DNA from: Acidimicrobiales bacterium
Lineage (GTDB): Bacteria > Actinomycetota > Actinomycetes > Mycobacteriales > QHCE01
Assembly: GCA_003243955.1 (NCBI GenBank)
Contig: QHCE01000002.1
Location: forward strand, 1-59,687
DNA: 59,687 nucleotides
Direction of reading: 5' to 3'
Numbering within the stretch: the stretch's first letter is position 1; each line of letters starts with the position of its first letter. The notes below the pieces were generated by a model that worked only from the letters and a program-made list of their open reading frames with translations, had not been told where the DNA came from and did not search any database. Below are positions 27,705 through 37,246 of the stretch, one piece after another. The translations under genes and the position numbers were made by a program.

Positions 27705-29677
27705 TCCGTCACCTCTGACAGCAGCCGTTGGATCTCGGACTCGAGCTGCTTCAGCTCGGCGTCGATTTCGGCGAGCGGTCGGGGCGGGGTGTAGACGTAG
27801 AAGTGCCGGGTGAAGGGGATCTCGTACCCGATCTTGGTCTTGTCGTGTTCCACCCAGGCATCGGGTACGTGCGGCAGCACCTCGCGCTGCAGGTACTCGT
27901 CGATGTCTTCACCCAATGGCACGTTTTCGTTGTCCCGCAGGTCCGGATCGGGCAGCGGGTTGCCAGAGCGGTCCGTCTGCGGCTCACCCTCCGGATCACT
28001 CACCGACACCGCCGCCCACAGTGCCTTGTCCACCGCTGCGGGCAACTTGCCCAGACCGGCGAGTGCGTCAGCGAGCGTTCCACGGAACGCGGCTCTACTG
28101 AACGACGGTGGCTGCCCGGCCAGCGGACGCAGCGCGTCCAGCAGCTTCTCTCGTGCCTCGTACTTAGCCAACGGCTTCGTCGCCGAAAGCTCCGCGAGCA
28201 CCTCGTCGGTGACCTCGAACCGCAGCCGCAGCGGCCGCTCCACCGTGATCCGCTGGTAGCCGAATTCGATGGTGGGAAAGACCTTCACCGTGGCGTGCCG
28301 CGGATGTTCCGGATCAGCGGCGGCGGTCAGCGCCTCCCCGTACAGCGCGGTCAGCTCGGCGATCTTGTCGTCAGGAATGAACTTCCGCTTGTCTCCCAGC
28401 GACTTGCGCATCTTCGCCCAGCGCCCCCGGACGTCCAGCAGGATCACCTTGCCCTGGTGTGCGGCGTCCTTGCGATTCGTGAGGATCCAGAAGTACGTCG
28501 AAATCCCGGTGTTGTAGAAGAGCTGGTCGGGCAGCGCGACGACAGCCTCCAGCCAATCGTTCTCCAGGATCCAGCGGCGAATCTCCGACTCCCCAGACCC
28601 GGCGGCGCCGGTGAACAGCGGGGAACCGTTGAAGACGATCGCGATGCGGCTGCCGCCCTCGTCGGTGCGTTTCATGTGGGAGATCATGTGCTGCAGGAAC
28701 AGCAGCGAACCGTCGTTGATCCGCGGCAGCCCCGCGCCGAATCGACCGGCATGCTTGAGCGCGGCTTCCCGCTCCACGTCGTCCTTAACTTTCTTCCACT
28801 CCACACCGAACGGCGGATTGGCCAGCAGGTAGTGAAACCGCACCCCGGCATGCTTATCGTGACCGAACGAGTTGCCGAACTTGATGTTGTCGGCGTCCTC
28901 GCCTTTGATCATCAGGTCAGACTTGCAGATGGCATACGACTCCGGGTTGAGCTCCTGGCCGTACACCTTCACCGTCGCATGCGGGTTGTGTTCGAGAATG
29001 AACTCCTCAGCCGCGGTAAGCATGCCGCCGGTTCCGCAGGCCGGATCGAGCACGGTCTTCACCACACCGGGGGTGACCAAGTCCTCGGTGTCTGGCGCGA
29101 GCAGCAAGTTCACCATCAGCTTGATGACCTCACGGGGCGTGAAATGCTCACCGGCGGTTTCGTTCGATTCTTCCGAGAACCTGCGAATCAACTCCTCGAA
29201 CAGATACCCCATCTGGTGGTTGTCCACCACCTCGGGCCGCAGGTCGATCTCAGCGAACTTGCTGCCCACCTGGTAGACGAGCCCGGCGTTGTCGAGTCTA
29301 CCTAGCTGACTGCCGAACTCGTAGGACTCGAAGATCTCCTGCGCATTGCGTGAAAACCCACCAACGTAGGCGGCCAGGTTACGGGCAACGTTGTCTTGGT
29401 CGCGGACCGATGCCTGAAAGTCGAGCCGGCTGGTGTTGTAGAAGCTCAGCTTCGCCGCGCGCTTGAGCGTCACGTCCATGTGGTGAATGCCCTGGCGCTC
29501 TCGTTTCGCCTTCTCCTGCAGCACGACCTCGCGCGTCGGAGCGAGCACGCAGTCCAAGCGGCGCAGTACGGTGAACGGCAGGATGACTTTGCCGTATTCC
29601 GACCGCTTATAGTCGCCGCGCAGTAGGTCTGCAACAGACCAGATGAAGCTGGCAAGTTCCTGATGCTTACTACTCAT
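27701..29677 (-). CDS. hsdM: Type I R-M methyltransferase subunit M (N6-adenine type)
   Basis: GEHFTPREV, DPACGTGG, NPPF, FYNTGI. Confidence 0.96.
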   Translation of the reverse strand: MSSKHQELASFIWSVADLLRGDYKRSEYGKVILPFTVLRRLDCVLAPTREVVLQEKAKRERQGIHHMDVTLKRAAKLSFYNTSRLDFQASVRDQDNVARNLAAYVGGFSRNAQEIFESYEFGSQLGRLDNAGLVYQVGSKFAEIDLRPEVVDNHQMGYLFEELIRRFSEESNETAGEHFTPREVIKLMVNLLLAPDTEDLVTPGVVKTVLDPACGTGGMLTAAEEFILEHNPHATVKVYGQELNPESYAICKSDLMIKGEDADNIKFGNSFGHDKHAGVRFHYLLANPPFGVEWKKVKDDVEREAALKHAGRFGAGLPRINDGSLLFLQHMISHMKRTDEGGSRIAIVFNGSPLFTGAAGSGESEIRRWILENDWLEAVVALPDQLFYNTGISTYFWILTNRKDAAHQGKVILLDVRGRWAKMRKSLGDKRKFIPDDKIAELTALYGEALTAAADPEHPRHATVKVFPTIEFGYQRITVERPLRLRFEVTDEVLAELSATKPLAKYEAREKLLDALRPLAGQPPSFSRAAFRGTLADALAGLGKLPAAVDKALWAAVSVSDPEGEPQTDRSGNPLPDPDLRDNENVPLGEDIDEYLQREVLPHVPDAWVEHDKTKIGYEIPFTRHFYVYTPPRPLAEIDAELKQLESEIQRLLSEVTE

Positions 29678-29958
29678 GCTCGGGCTCTCACGTTCGTTAT
29701 TGTCGTCCAGTCAACCCGCGTTACCTGTCGCTGCTCAACGTGTCTATGTTGTGTCTTTACCCATCCAAGTCCTTGGCAGATACTAGAGCGCCTACCGCGA
29801 GCCTGCGGGAGTGCGGTCGAGTCAGCTCCTGGCCGAACTCCCCGCGGCTCGACCGCATGGTCTGAGCGGATCACGTCGTATCGCAGTTCGTAGCTCAGCT
29901 ACGGTGCAGCGTACTTCTACTGGTACCTATTCCCGCTCCGGAGGGCTAGACTGCTGCT

Positions 29959-30306
29959 ATGACTTCCGCAGTGCCTCCGTCCGCAGTGCCTCCGCAGACC
30001 CTAGGCGTTATCGAAGCGCGTGAGCGCCTTCCTCAGATCTTGGAGGAGTTTCGCCGCGGTTCCCAGGCTCCGGTTTTTATCGGTTCTCACCGCCGCACCG
30101 AAGCTGTGATAATCCCGGTCGACAGCTATCAGCGGCAAGATTTTGCGGGAAGAGCTAAGGCATTAACCTCGGCACTCGGTTCCCTTCGAGCTGAAGGGCT
30201 CACTCCCTCCTCAGCTCTGGCCGCGATCATGACACAGTGGACTCGTGGCGAAATCTCCGATGAGGAGATGGAACAACACGTTGATGCGCTCTATGGAGCG
30301 CGATGA
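29959..30306 (+). CDS. Antitoxin: Phd-like N-terminal domain fused to a VbhA/FicA-like domain
   Basis: EARERLPQIL..PVFIGSHRRTEAVIIP, then SLRAEG (S/TxxxEG inhibitory motif), RGEIS; leaderless ATG after TAGACT. Confidence 0.8.
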   Translation: MTSAVPPSAVPPQTLGVIEARERLPQILEEFRRGSQAPVFIGSHRRTEAVIIPVDSYQRQDFAGRAKALTSALGSLRAEGLTPSSALAAIMTQWTRGEISDEEMEQHVDALYGAR

Positions 30307-30881
30307 CCATCGATCCATATACCGATCCCGCAACTGGAGTATTGCATAACAAGCTAGGCCTTACAGATGCAGATAACTTAAGCCAAGCGGAGACCGGCCT
30401 GAGCCTCAAGGCCATAGCACTGCTTAGTCGAAATCCCTTACCCGGCAGCTACGATCTCGAACACCTACAGGCTTTTCATCGCCACATTTTCGGCAAAATC
30501 TATCCGTGGACTGGCGAGATCCGGACCGTGGCCATCGCCAAGCTCGACCTATACTGCCTGCCGCAGTACATAGTGGGATACGCCACCGACCTGTTCGGCA
30601 AACTTGCTAACGCCGACAACTACCTGCGCGAGTTGGGACGCGAAACATTCCTTGATCGGCTCACGTACTACGTCGCTGAGGTATACGCCGTTCATCCGTT
30701 TCGTGAGGGAAATAGTCGCACTTTGCGTGCTTTCTTCGCCCAGCTCGCCCAACATGCCGGCTGGGAACTGAACTGGGGCAGCCTCAATCAGCAGCGGAGC
30801 TTCGCGGCGTTAGCCGCTACGCTGCGCGGTGAAACCAAGCTACTGGCGGAGCTACTCGATGACTGCCTGGAGTCGGCTTGA
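30303..30881 (+). CDS. Fic/DOC toxin (FicT-like)
   Basis: DPY..TGVL.NKLG, H..IFG.IYPW.GEIRTV, HPFREGNSRT; ATGA overlap with the antitoxin. Confidence 0.92.
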   Translation: MTIDPYTDPATGVLHNKLGLTDADNLSQAETGLSLKAIALLSRNPLPGSYDLEHLQAFHRHIFGKIYPWTGEIRTVAIAKLDLYCLPQYIVGYATDLFGKLANADNYLRELGRETFLDRLTYYVAEVYAVHPFREGNSRTLRAFFAQLAQHAGWELNWGSLNQQRSFAALAATLRGETKLLAELLDDCLESA

Positions 30882-31007
30882 GCCACGCCGCCCAACATCT
30901 TGGCACTGTCACGCTCTCTGGCTACTTCACCACGCCGCCTCATGTCATCAACTAATGTGGGCGAAACGCATTTTGCATCCGTCCTTTCCCGAGTTCAATA
31001 TTCGATA

Positions 31008-31565
31008 ATGAACAACACTCAACTGATAAGCGTCTCTAAGCGGCTTTCGCTGTATTTGCGGCACGCGCCGGAGCGCATCGGCCTGACCTTGAGTCCCGAT
31101 GGCTGGGTCACGGTGGAGGAGCTGCTTGCGGCGCTGGCCCGACACAACCTGGCCTTGACGCGGGCAGAGCTCGACGAGGTTGTGGACGGCAACGATAAAC
31201 AACGGTTCGCTTTCGACGCGACTGGCAACCGGATCCGCGCTAATCAAGGGCACAGTGTGCCCGTGGATCTCGACCTGCCGATAGCAGTGCCGCCTGCCGT
31301 GCTCTACCACGGCACAGTCGAGAAGTTCCTCGGCGCCATCTGGCGTGAGGGACTACGGCCTATGCGGCGGCGGCATGTTCATCTTTCCGCCACAGCACAG
31401 ACCGCTACTTCGGTGGGCGCCCGTCGTGGCCCACCTGTGGTGCTGCGGGTAGATTCGGCGGCGATGGCCGCGGCAAGACACCAATTCCGGGTTAGCGCCA
31501 ATGGTGTATGGCTGGTCACGCACGTACCGCCGCATTATCTGTCGGCATGGAACCCAAGCATCTAA
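31008..31565 (+). CDS. kptA: RNA 2'-phosphotransferase (Tpt1/KptA)
   Basis: SKRLSLYLRH, NDKQRF, IRANQGHS, LYHGT, RRHVHLS, NGVWL. Confidence 0.95.
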   Translation: MNNTQLISVSKRLSLYLRHAPERIGLTLSPDGWVTVEELLAALARHNLALTRAELDEVVDGNDKQRFAFDATGNRIRANQGHSVPVDLDLPIAVPPAVLYHGTVEKFLGAIWREGLRPMRRRHVHLSATAQTATSVGARRGPPVVLRVDSAAMAAARHQFRVSANGVWLVTHVPPHYLSAWNPSI

Positions 31566-31615
31566 CCTCCGCCGCCGCAAAATAACCAGGTCTAAATAGT
31601 GGAAGCCTGAAGAGT

Positions 31616-31966
31616 ATGCCATCTCGAAGAATGATGAAATCCAAGATCCACCGAGCATCAGTGACGGGATCTGAACTGCACTACGTAGGTTCGATCACCA
31701 TAGATGCTGAGCTCATGAAGCGTGCTGACATCCTTGACAACGAGCAGGTGCATGTGCTTGACATAGATAACGGCCAGCGATTTGAAACGTATGCCATTTC
31801 AGGACCGAGCGGGCAAATATGCGTCAATGGCGCTGCCGCGAGACTTGTTCAACCTGGCGACCGAGTCATCGTACTGACGTACGCCGACTATAACGAGCTT
31901 GAACTCGCGACCTACGAGCCACTCATCGTGCACGTCGACGACGACAACAAGCCCCTAGCGCCATAG
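31616..31966 (+). CDS. panD: Aspartate 1-decarboxylase
   Basis: [15 protein letters not shown] cleavage site, [15 protein letters not shown]. Confidence 0.96.
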   Translation: MPSRRMMKSKIHRASVTGSELHYVGSITIDAELMKRADILDNEQVHVLDIDNGQRFETYAISGPSGQICVNGAAARLVQPGDRVIVLTYADYNELELATYEPLIVHVDDDNKPLAP

Positions 31967-31988
31967 ACAACACAAGCAGATTTCCCAC

Positions 31989-33047
31989 TTACAGCAGTGC
32001 CAGCCCAGCGATGCCGAGAATGTAGAGCGCAAGAACCGCGATCGAGTCCACGCCCATGCGTAGAATCTGCCGCCGCGGCCGAAAGACCAGCCCCGCCATG
32101 TAGATGATGGTAAGTAGAGCACCCAGCGCCGTCAGGTAAATATCGCTGCTGTGGGCCAGTGGCAGCACGGACGAGCCGGATAGCACGGTGGCAAGCAAGA
32201 ACAGAACCGGCAGGAAGGCGTTTCCGCCGAAGATGTCGCTGACAGCAAGCTGATAGTCACCAAACCGGGCCGAGGTGAGCCCGGTTGAAATCTCTGGGAG
32301 CGAGGTAGCCACAGCGAGCACGGTGGCGCCAAACAGCACGCCCGATAGACCAATCCGTCCAAACAACTCCTCACCGCTGCGCTCAATCGCCACACCGGCG
32401 GCCAGAGTGGCCAGCGCCGCCACGGCAAAAATGGTTACCGCGCGGCTAGTGCTCACGCCTTTACGGGTTGCCTCCTTCTCCTTTTCCTTTTTCGAGTGCC
32501 CACGCGGGTGTTCCTGGCCGCCCGGAGCATCCCCGTTGCTGTGCCACGGTAGGCCACGCGCAGCCCGGCGGACAAGCATTAAGCCGATTCCCCACAAGAC
32601 AGCGATGAGTAACACGCCTGGTGTGAGCCGCGCAAAAATCAACGATTCCGGTAGCTGGGTTGACATCACCACGACAAGAAGCACCGCAACGACGAGTGCT
32701 CCTTCTAGTAACAGGACCAATGAGGCGGCAAGATAGGTCAGCGGCCGTCGGGGTCTCACGCCGAAGGCGTCTAGAACTACCAGGACAACGGTCTGAATCG
32801 CGATGCCGCCCAGGATGTTCCCTACCGCAACATCGAGCTCATGTGCCAGCGCCGCGCTGGAAACGATCGCGATCTCGGGAAGGTTAGTTGCCACCGCCAG
32901 TAAAATGGCCCCACCTAACGCAGATCCCAAGCGAAGCCGCTCAGCGATCACATCCGTGGTGTTTGACAGTTTGACTCCAGCAAACCAAATCACGACCGCC
33001 GAAGCCAAGAAAATTCCTAGCAAAAGCCAAGACGCCAACGATGCCAC
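31989..33047 (-). CDS. Sodium:calcium antiporter family protein
   Basis: Two alpha repeats: ATNLPE..GNILGG and ATSLPE..DIFGGN. Confidence 0.92.
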   Translation of the reverse strand: MASLASWLLLGIFLASAVVIWFAGVKLSNTTDVIAERLRLGSALGGAILLAVATNLPEIAIVSSAALAHELDVAVGNILGGIAIQTVVLVVLDAFGVRPRRPLTYLAASLVLLLEGALVVAVLLVVVMSTQLPESLIFARLTPGVLLIAVLWGIGLMLVRRAARGLPWHSNGDAPGGQEHPRGHSKKEKEKEATRKGVSTSRAVTIFAVAALATLAAGVAIERSGEELFGRIGLSGVLFGATVLAVATSLPEISTGLTSARFGDYQLAVSDIFGGNAFLPVLFLLATVLSGSSVLPLAHSSDIYLTALGALLTIIYMAGLVFRPRRQILRMGVDSIAVLALYILGIAGLALL

Positions 33048-33069
33048 CAGGGACTCCTAAATACACTTG

Positions 33070-33528
33070 TTATCGATCAGACTTAGGCCAGACATAGGGC
33101 AAGTCGGAGGGGCCGTCAAAGAATTTGCCATACCACTCAGTATCCTTGCGCAGCAGCGCCGACCGATGGCTACGGTGTAGACCCTCGTTGCCGAGCCAGG
33201 GTGGAAGCTCCCCGGCAATAAGTAGCTTTGACTGTTGGCGGATGCCGTTGATGCCACGGCGCTCGGCGATCTCCCGAATAAGACTCGCGGCACACGTATC
33301 GGCTCGCCCGCCCGCCAACCACGTGGCGCATATGTGGAGTCCATAACAGACCAGCGCTTCTTCGTAACCAGCCCACATCAGCACCGCCGGATGATGGCGC
33401 CATCCGTAGCCGGAAACTGTAAGCCCACGAAGTACTTGTAGCACCTCAACTCGCTGCTTGCCCAGCCTGTGTGGATCAAGGACCGCGGCGGTGGCAGCGA
33501 AGTCCGCGTACGGCAGAAAAGTTTGCAT
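33070..33528 (-). CDS. MSMEG_6728 family (pyrimidine-dimer glycosylase-like) protein
   Basis: MQTFLPY..RLGKQRVE..HHPAV.MW, SHRSALLRKD, YVWP. Confidence 0.88.
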   Translation of the reverse strand: MQTFLPYADFAATAAVLDPHRLGKQRVEVLQVLRGLTVSGYGWRHHPAVLMWAGYEEALVCYGLHICATWLAGGRADTCAASLIREIAERRGINGIRQQSKLLIAGELPPWLGNEGLHRSHRSALLRKDTEWYGKFFDGPSDLPYVWPKSDR

Positions 33529-33654
33529 CAGTTCCACCTCGATCCATATCCTATGCACCACGCGGCGTCTCAGTAACTACCCCATCGGCATACGTTTACC
33601 CGGAGGCTGAGCGGAAACTGGACACCTATTGATGAGCAATCGCGAGGGGGCACC

Positions 33655-34101
33655 GTGATCGAGGTCAGTCGAACCGTAGCAACTACCGCCGAGCGAGTCT
33701 TTGCGGTACTCGCCGACGGCTGGTCCTATGCCGGATGGGTAGTCGGGGCCTCCCACATTCGTCAAGTAGAGGATGGCTGGCCGGCGGTGAATACCTGCAT
33801 TCACCACAATGTAGGACCGTGGCCACTACAAGTGAAAGATGTGACAAGAGTCCGCGCTATTGATCCGGGACGAATGTTGGAGCTTGAGGCGCGGGTGTGG
33901 CCGTTTGGAGCTGCCCGGGTTCGGCTCACTCTCAATCCGGTTGGGCAAGATGCTACCGAAGTTTGCATGGCTGAAGCGCTTAGCTCAGGTACTGGCCAGT
34001 TGATTCCGGAAGTCGTGCAGGGGTTGATACTGCGGCCGCGCAATATAGAGTCGCTGCGCCGGCTCGGTGACATCGCTGTACATCGAGAAGCCGAGCGTTA
34101 G
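33655..34101 (+). CDS. SRPBCC family protein
   Basis: VFAVLADGWSYAGWVVGA..IHHNVG.WP, RNIESLRRL. Confidence 0.88.
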   Translation: MIEVSRTVATTAERVFAVLADGWSYAGWVVGASHIRQVEDGWPAVNTCIHHNVGPWPLQVKDVTRVRAIDPGRMLELEARVWPFGAARVRLTLNPVGQDATEVCMAEALSSGTGQLIPEVVQGLILRPRNIESLRRLGDIAVHREAER

Positions 34102-34167
34102 CTCGTAAACTCGCTTCTAGATGTGTCAATGTTCCAGCTGGCCAGAGCGAAAAGCAGACGTAGGAAA

Positions 34168-35049
34168 CTAAGCGTTGTCATAACCCGGCGCGTGGCGCGG
34201 GCTACTGGCGCTACGTGCTCCCTCTGAGTCCTCGGAATCCTCGGTGCCTTCCACGAACAAGTCCAGCGAGCTACCCGCGATACGACGTACCGCATCGCGC
34301 ATTTGGCGAATCTCAGCCTTGATGCGGTCGTGCTTGTCCTGGGATCCCGCCATTTCCCTGGCCATCGCTTCGCGCTGCTGCTCAGCATCAGATCGCGACT
34401 TCGCCAACAACGCATCGGCTTCCTCGCTAGCACGTCGGCGCAGCTCCTTGGATTCCCGATCAGCTTTCTCTCGCACCTCAGCGGCGTATTGCTCGGCCTC
34501 GATGCGGGCTCGCTCGGCACGAACCTCCACCTCTTTGCGCCGCCGATCCGCTTGCGACTCCGCATCACGTTGCAGCTTCTCCGCTTGCTCGCGTGCATCC
34601 TTTACCAACTGGTGCGCCGCTTTGGTCTGACCGGCCAGGTCTTTCTCCAGAGCGGCCCTACGCTCGGCCTCGGCTTTCTCGATCTGCCCACGATGCTCTG
34701 CAAGTTCTCGATCCGCACGTTGCCGCGCTTCAGCAACCTCGTCGTCAAGCAGCGAAAGAATGCGCTCAACGCGAGCACCTAGATGGCGATATGACGGCTC
34801 CTCCCCAACAACAGGGACGGAGGAGCCGCGCGTAGCTTCTTTGTCAAATTTGCGTAGTTTGCTGTTCAGCGACTCGTTTCGGCTGAACAGCTCATCACGA
34901 TGCTTGGCCAGCGCGATGAGCTCGGCTTCGATAACAGCGACGAAACGGTCTACCTGCTTGCGGTCATAACCCCGCATCACTTGATCGAACGTGGGCTGTG
35001 ACGTCTGATTCTTAAACGACACGAAATGGTCGCCACCGTCAATGGACAT
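34168..35049 (-). CDS. DivIVA-domain coiled-coil protein (FilP/AbpS-like)
   Basis: FDQVMRGYDRKQVD, PSY..LGARVERIL, long coiled coil. Confidence 0.8.
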   Translation of the reverse strand: MSIDGGDHFVSFKNQTSQPTFDQVMRGYDRKQVDRFVAVIEAELIALAKHRDELFSRNESLNSKLRKFDKEATRGSSVPVVGEEPSYRHLGARVERILSLLDDEVAEARQRADRELAEHRGQIEKAEAERRAALEKDLAGQTKAAHQLVKDAREQAEKLQRDAESQADRRRKEVEVRAERARIEAEQYAAEVREKADRESKELRRRASEEADALLAKSRSDAEQQREAMAREMAGSQDKHDRIKAEIRQMRDAVRRIAGSSLDLFVEGTEDSEDSEGARSASSPRHAPGYDNA

Positions 35050-35178
35050 GGATCATATCCTGCATCGTTCAGCGGAGAAGTGCACTAGGTATGGCAGATT
35101 AGAGTGAAAGGTCCTTTATGCACCTCATGCAAACGTTGCTCAGGGTGTCCACCGTTGAGCCTATTTATTGGTGCGAAA

Positions 35179-35655
35179 TCAGCTCTCCACGGTCATGGCT
35201 TGAAACATCCAGTGCTGCTGCTCGAGCCCCTGGGTGGCAGCGATGAGTAGATCCTGCGTGACCGGATCCGCTTCATCTGTCTGCTCAACGTAGTCTCGGA
35301 ACCGGTACACCACCATCAGCAGCAGTGCGGCGATGCTTTCGGCAACCAATTCAGCCTGCAAATATCCAGAGTCCAGCTGCGGAGTCTGCACTGAATCGGC
35401 CAGTGTCTTGACCCGGCCATCCGGACTAATCCCCAGCGCCGCGGCCCGCTCGGCTACTACGTCGGCGTGTTCTCGCGCCAGAGTCACAACTTCGTCAAGC
35501 TGTAGATGCAACGAACGAAACGTCGGACCAGTAACATTCCAATGAGCCTGCTTAGCCTGCAACGAAACGTCCACTAAATCTACCAACGCCGCCTGCAGCA
35601 CGTTGGCCACGATCTCCCGATCGCCTCCGGTGATAGCGCTGTCTATGGTGACCAT
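35179..35655 (-). CDS. dps: Dps family DNA-protecting ferritin
   Basis: KQAHWNVTG..F.SLHLQLDE, D.VAER, DPVTQDLL..LEQQHWM. Confidence 0.95.
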   Translation of the reverse strand: MVTIDSAITGGDREIVANVLQAALVDLVDVSLQAKQAHWNVTGPTFRSLHLQLDEVVTLAREHADVVAERAAALGISPDGRVKTLADSVQTPQLDSGYLQAELVAESIAALLLMVVYRFRDYVEQTDEADPVTQDLLIAATQGLEQQHWMFQAMTVES

Positions 35656-35777
35656 TCCATCCCCTCCATCTCGGATCCGTAGAAATACCCGGTCCAACGT
35701 ACAATACCCACTTCCTAGTTGGAGAAACTTTGCAGCGGAAGTAATGTCAAATCCCCGCCCTTGAGCAAGGAACTTTT

Positions 35778-35969
35778 ATGGCTGTGCACAATCAATCGTG
35801 GTTTCGGCAGGAGCGATACGCACTGCTCATCGTCCTTGCCGTACTCGCCTCGGTGATGTTGTTGTTGGCTCTTGCCCAGCGCAACGACGCCGGCAATAAG
35901 ATAATCTCAACGCCAGGACAAACCAGCTCACCCACCGACGGCACCACGACTAGCCTTCAGTCCAGCTAG
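35778..35969 (+). CDS. Small single-TM hypothetical protein
   Basis: AAGGAA RBS, one TM helix, Ser/Thr-rich tail. Confidence 0.5.
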   Translation: MAVHNQSWFRQERYALLIVLAVLASVMLLLALAQRNDAGNKIISTPGQTSSPTDGTTTSLQSS

Positions 35970-35982
35970 CCGGCACGCTAAC

Positions 35983-37167
35983 TCAGCCTGCTCGCAGCTG
36001 CTGCCATGCCCTATGCCAGTCCGGATACGCTACGCAGGCTTCGTTACGCCCGTCTACACATCGGCGCTGCGGCGCAGTGGCGATCCAGACGCTGCGATAG
36101 TAGCTCTCGTCGATTGCGTGATACGCCTGACAGAAGTTCTTATCCACGGTGTTCGCGCAGGCGCCGGGCACTGCTGGTGCTTGCCCGTAGTACTCCGAAA
36201 TCTGCGCATTGATCTTCGCGTCCAGCACATGATCCATCCAGCGGTACATGCAAGAGGGATGCTTGGCGCCGCGGAGCAGCATCCAGGTATCGGAGCTGCC
36301 GACCGTGCCTGAGTCTGGTAGCACCGTCTGCACCTTTGTGCCCCGTGCCTGCATCAGCGAGGTCACTGCCTGATTTGCCAGCCCAATCACCGAACTGCCA
36401 TCCTCGAATGCTCGCACCTGTTCTGTGTAGTCGCTCCAATACAGGTTGGTGATCTGTTGCGCTACCCGCATTTGCTCGATCACAGCAGAAAACTGCTCCC
36501 GGTTCAGCGCATAGGGATTGCCGATTTTCAGCTCAGGCTTCGTGGTGCGCAACGCAAGTGCGGCAGCGGCCAGCGAAGCTGCGTCGTCACGGATCATCAC
36601 TTTCTGGCGGTACGACGAGTCGGCGGCAAAAAGCGGCGCAAGGGAAACCGGCGCGGCCTTTACCTGATCCGAACGCCACGTGAGGAGAGAGGCGCTGCGC
36701 CCCAGCGGAGCACCGTAAGCGTGACCCTCAAACGAGTTCCACGGCTGCATGCGTAGACCTGGAACCACATCACGGTAATTTTTGACCAGCTCAGTATTGA
36801 TCGGTTCGGCCGAGCCGTTGTTTATCAGCTCACCGGAAAGCTCACCGGGCGCGGATACGCCATCGTAGGCATTGCTGTCGATCAGATCGCGCATCTGCTC
36901 AGAAGAGGTGACCGTCTTGACACTGACCTTGCAGCCAGTACGCTGCTCGAATGGCCGCACCCAGTCCACACTGGAGTCAGTAGAACCATTCTCCACTAAG
37001 CCGGGCCATGCAATGAGATTGAGACTACCCTCCGCGTCACCAAGCGAGCTCGCAATTCCCGACGTGGTTTCGCTACTACCGCAGCCGGCAAGCAAACTTA
37101 CGGTAAGCACCCCTGCGGCTACGCCCGCGGCGAGGCGAAATCGATTCCGCAAGCTAGCGATGGTCAC
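35983..37167 (-). CDS. Polyamine-type ABC substrate-binding lipoprotein
   Basis: Lipobox LAGC, LNLIAWPG, DWVRPFE..TGC, HPSCMYRW. Confidence 0.85.
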   Translation of the reverse strand: MTIASLRNRFRLAAGVAAGVLTVSLLAGCGSSETTSGIASSLGDAEGSLNLIAWPGLVENGSTDSSVDWVRPFEQRTGCKVSVKTVTSSEQMRDLIDSNAYDGVSAPGELSGELINNGSAEPINTELVKNYRDVVPGLRMQPWNSFEGHAYGAPLGRSASLLTWRSDQVKAAPVSLAPLFAADSSYRQKVMIRDDAASLAAAALALRTTKPELKIGNPYALNREQFSAVIEQMRVAQQITNLYWSDYTEQVRAFEDGSSVIGLANQAVTSLMQARGTKVQTVLPDSGTVGSSDTWMLLRGAKHPSCMYRWMDHVLDAKINAQISEYYGQAPAVPGACANTVDKNFCQAYHAIDESYYRSVWIATAPQRRCVDGRNEACVAYPDWHRAWQQLRAG

Positions 37168-37246
37168 AATGGGAGATTATGAAGTATCACTACTCGTAAC
37201 CGTGTAACCAGCCAGGCTTTTCGCTCTCATTTCAAAAAGGTAAACA

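Larger units (their letters stand above)
12279..30881. mobile_element. Probable genomic island(s) downstream of tRNA-Arg (metabolic plus defence cargo); right boundary uncertain
   Basis: Accessory gene content starts right after the tRNA 3' end; pseudogene, TA and R-M cargo; no intact integrase or attR seen. Confidence 0.55.

Noticed and set aside
27728-29305. 525-aa + strand ORF
   Set aside because: Antisense shadow of GC-rich hsdM, with no recognisable motifs
33642-33654. GGGGGCACC matching the tRNA-Arg 3' end, a possible attR of the island
   Set aside because: Only 9 bp, doubles as the RBS region of the SRPBCC gene, and a similar string occurs near 42123; expected by chance
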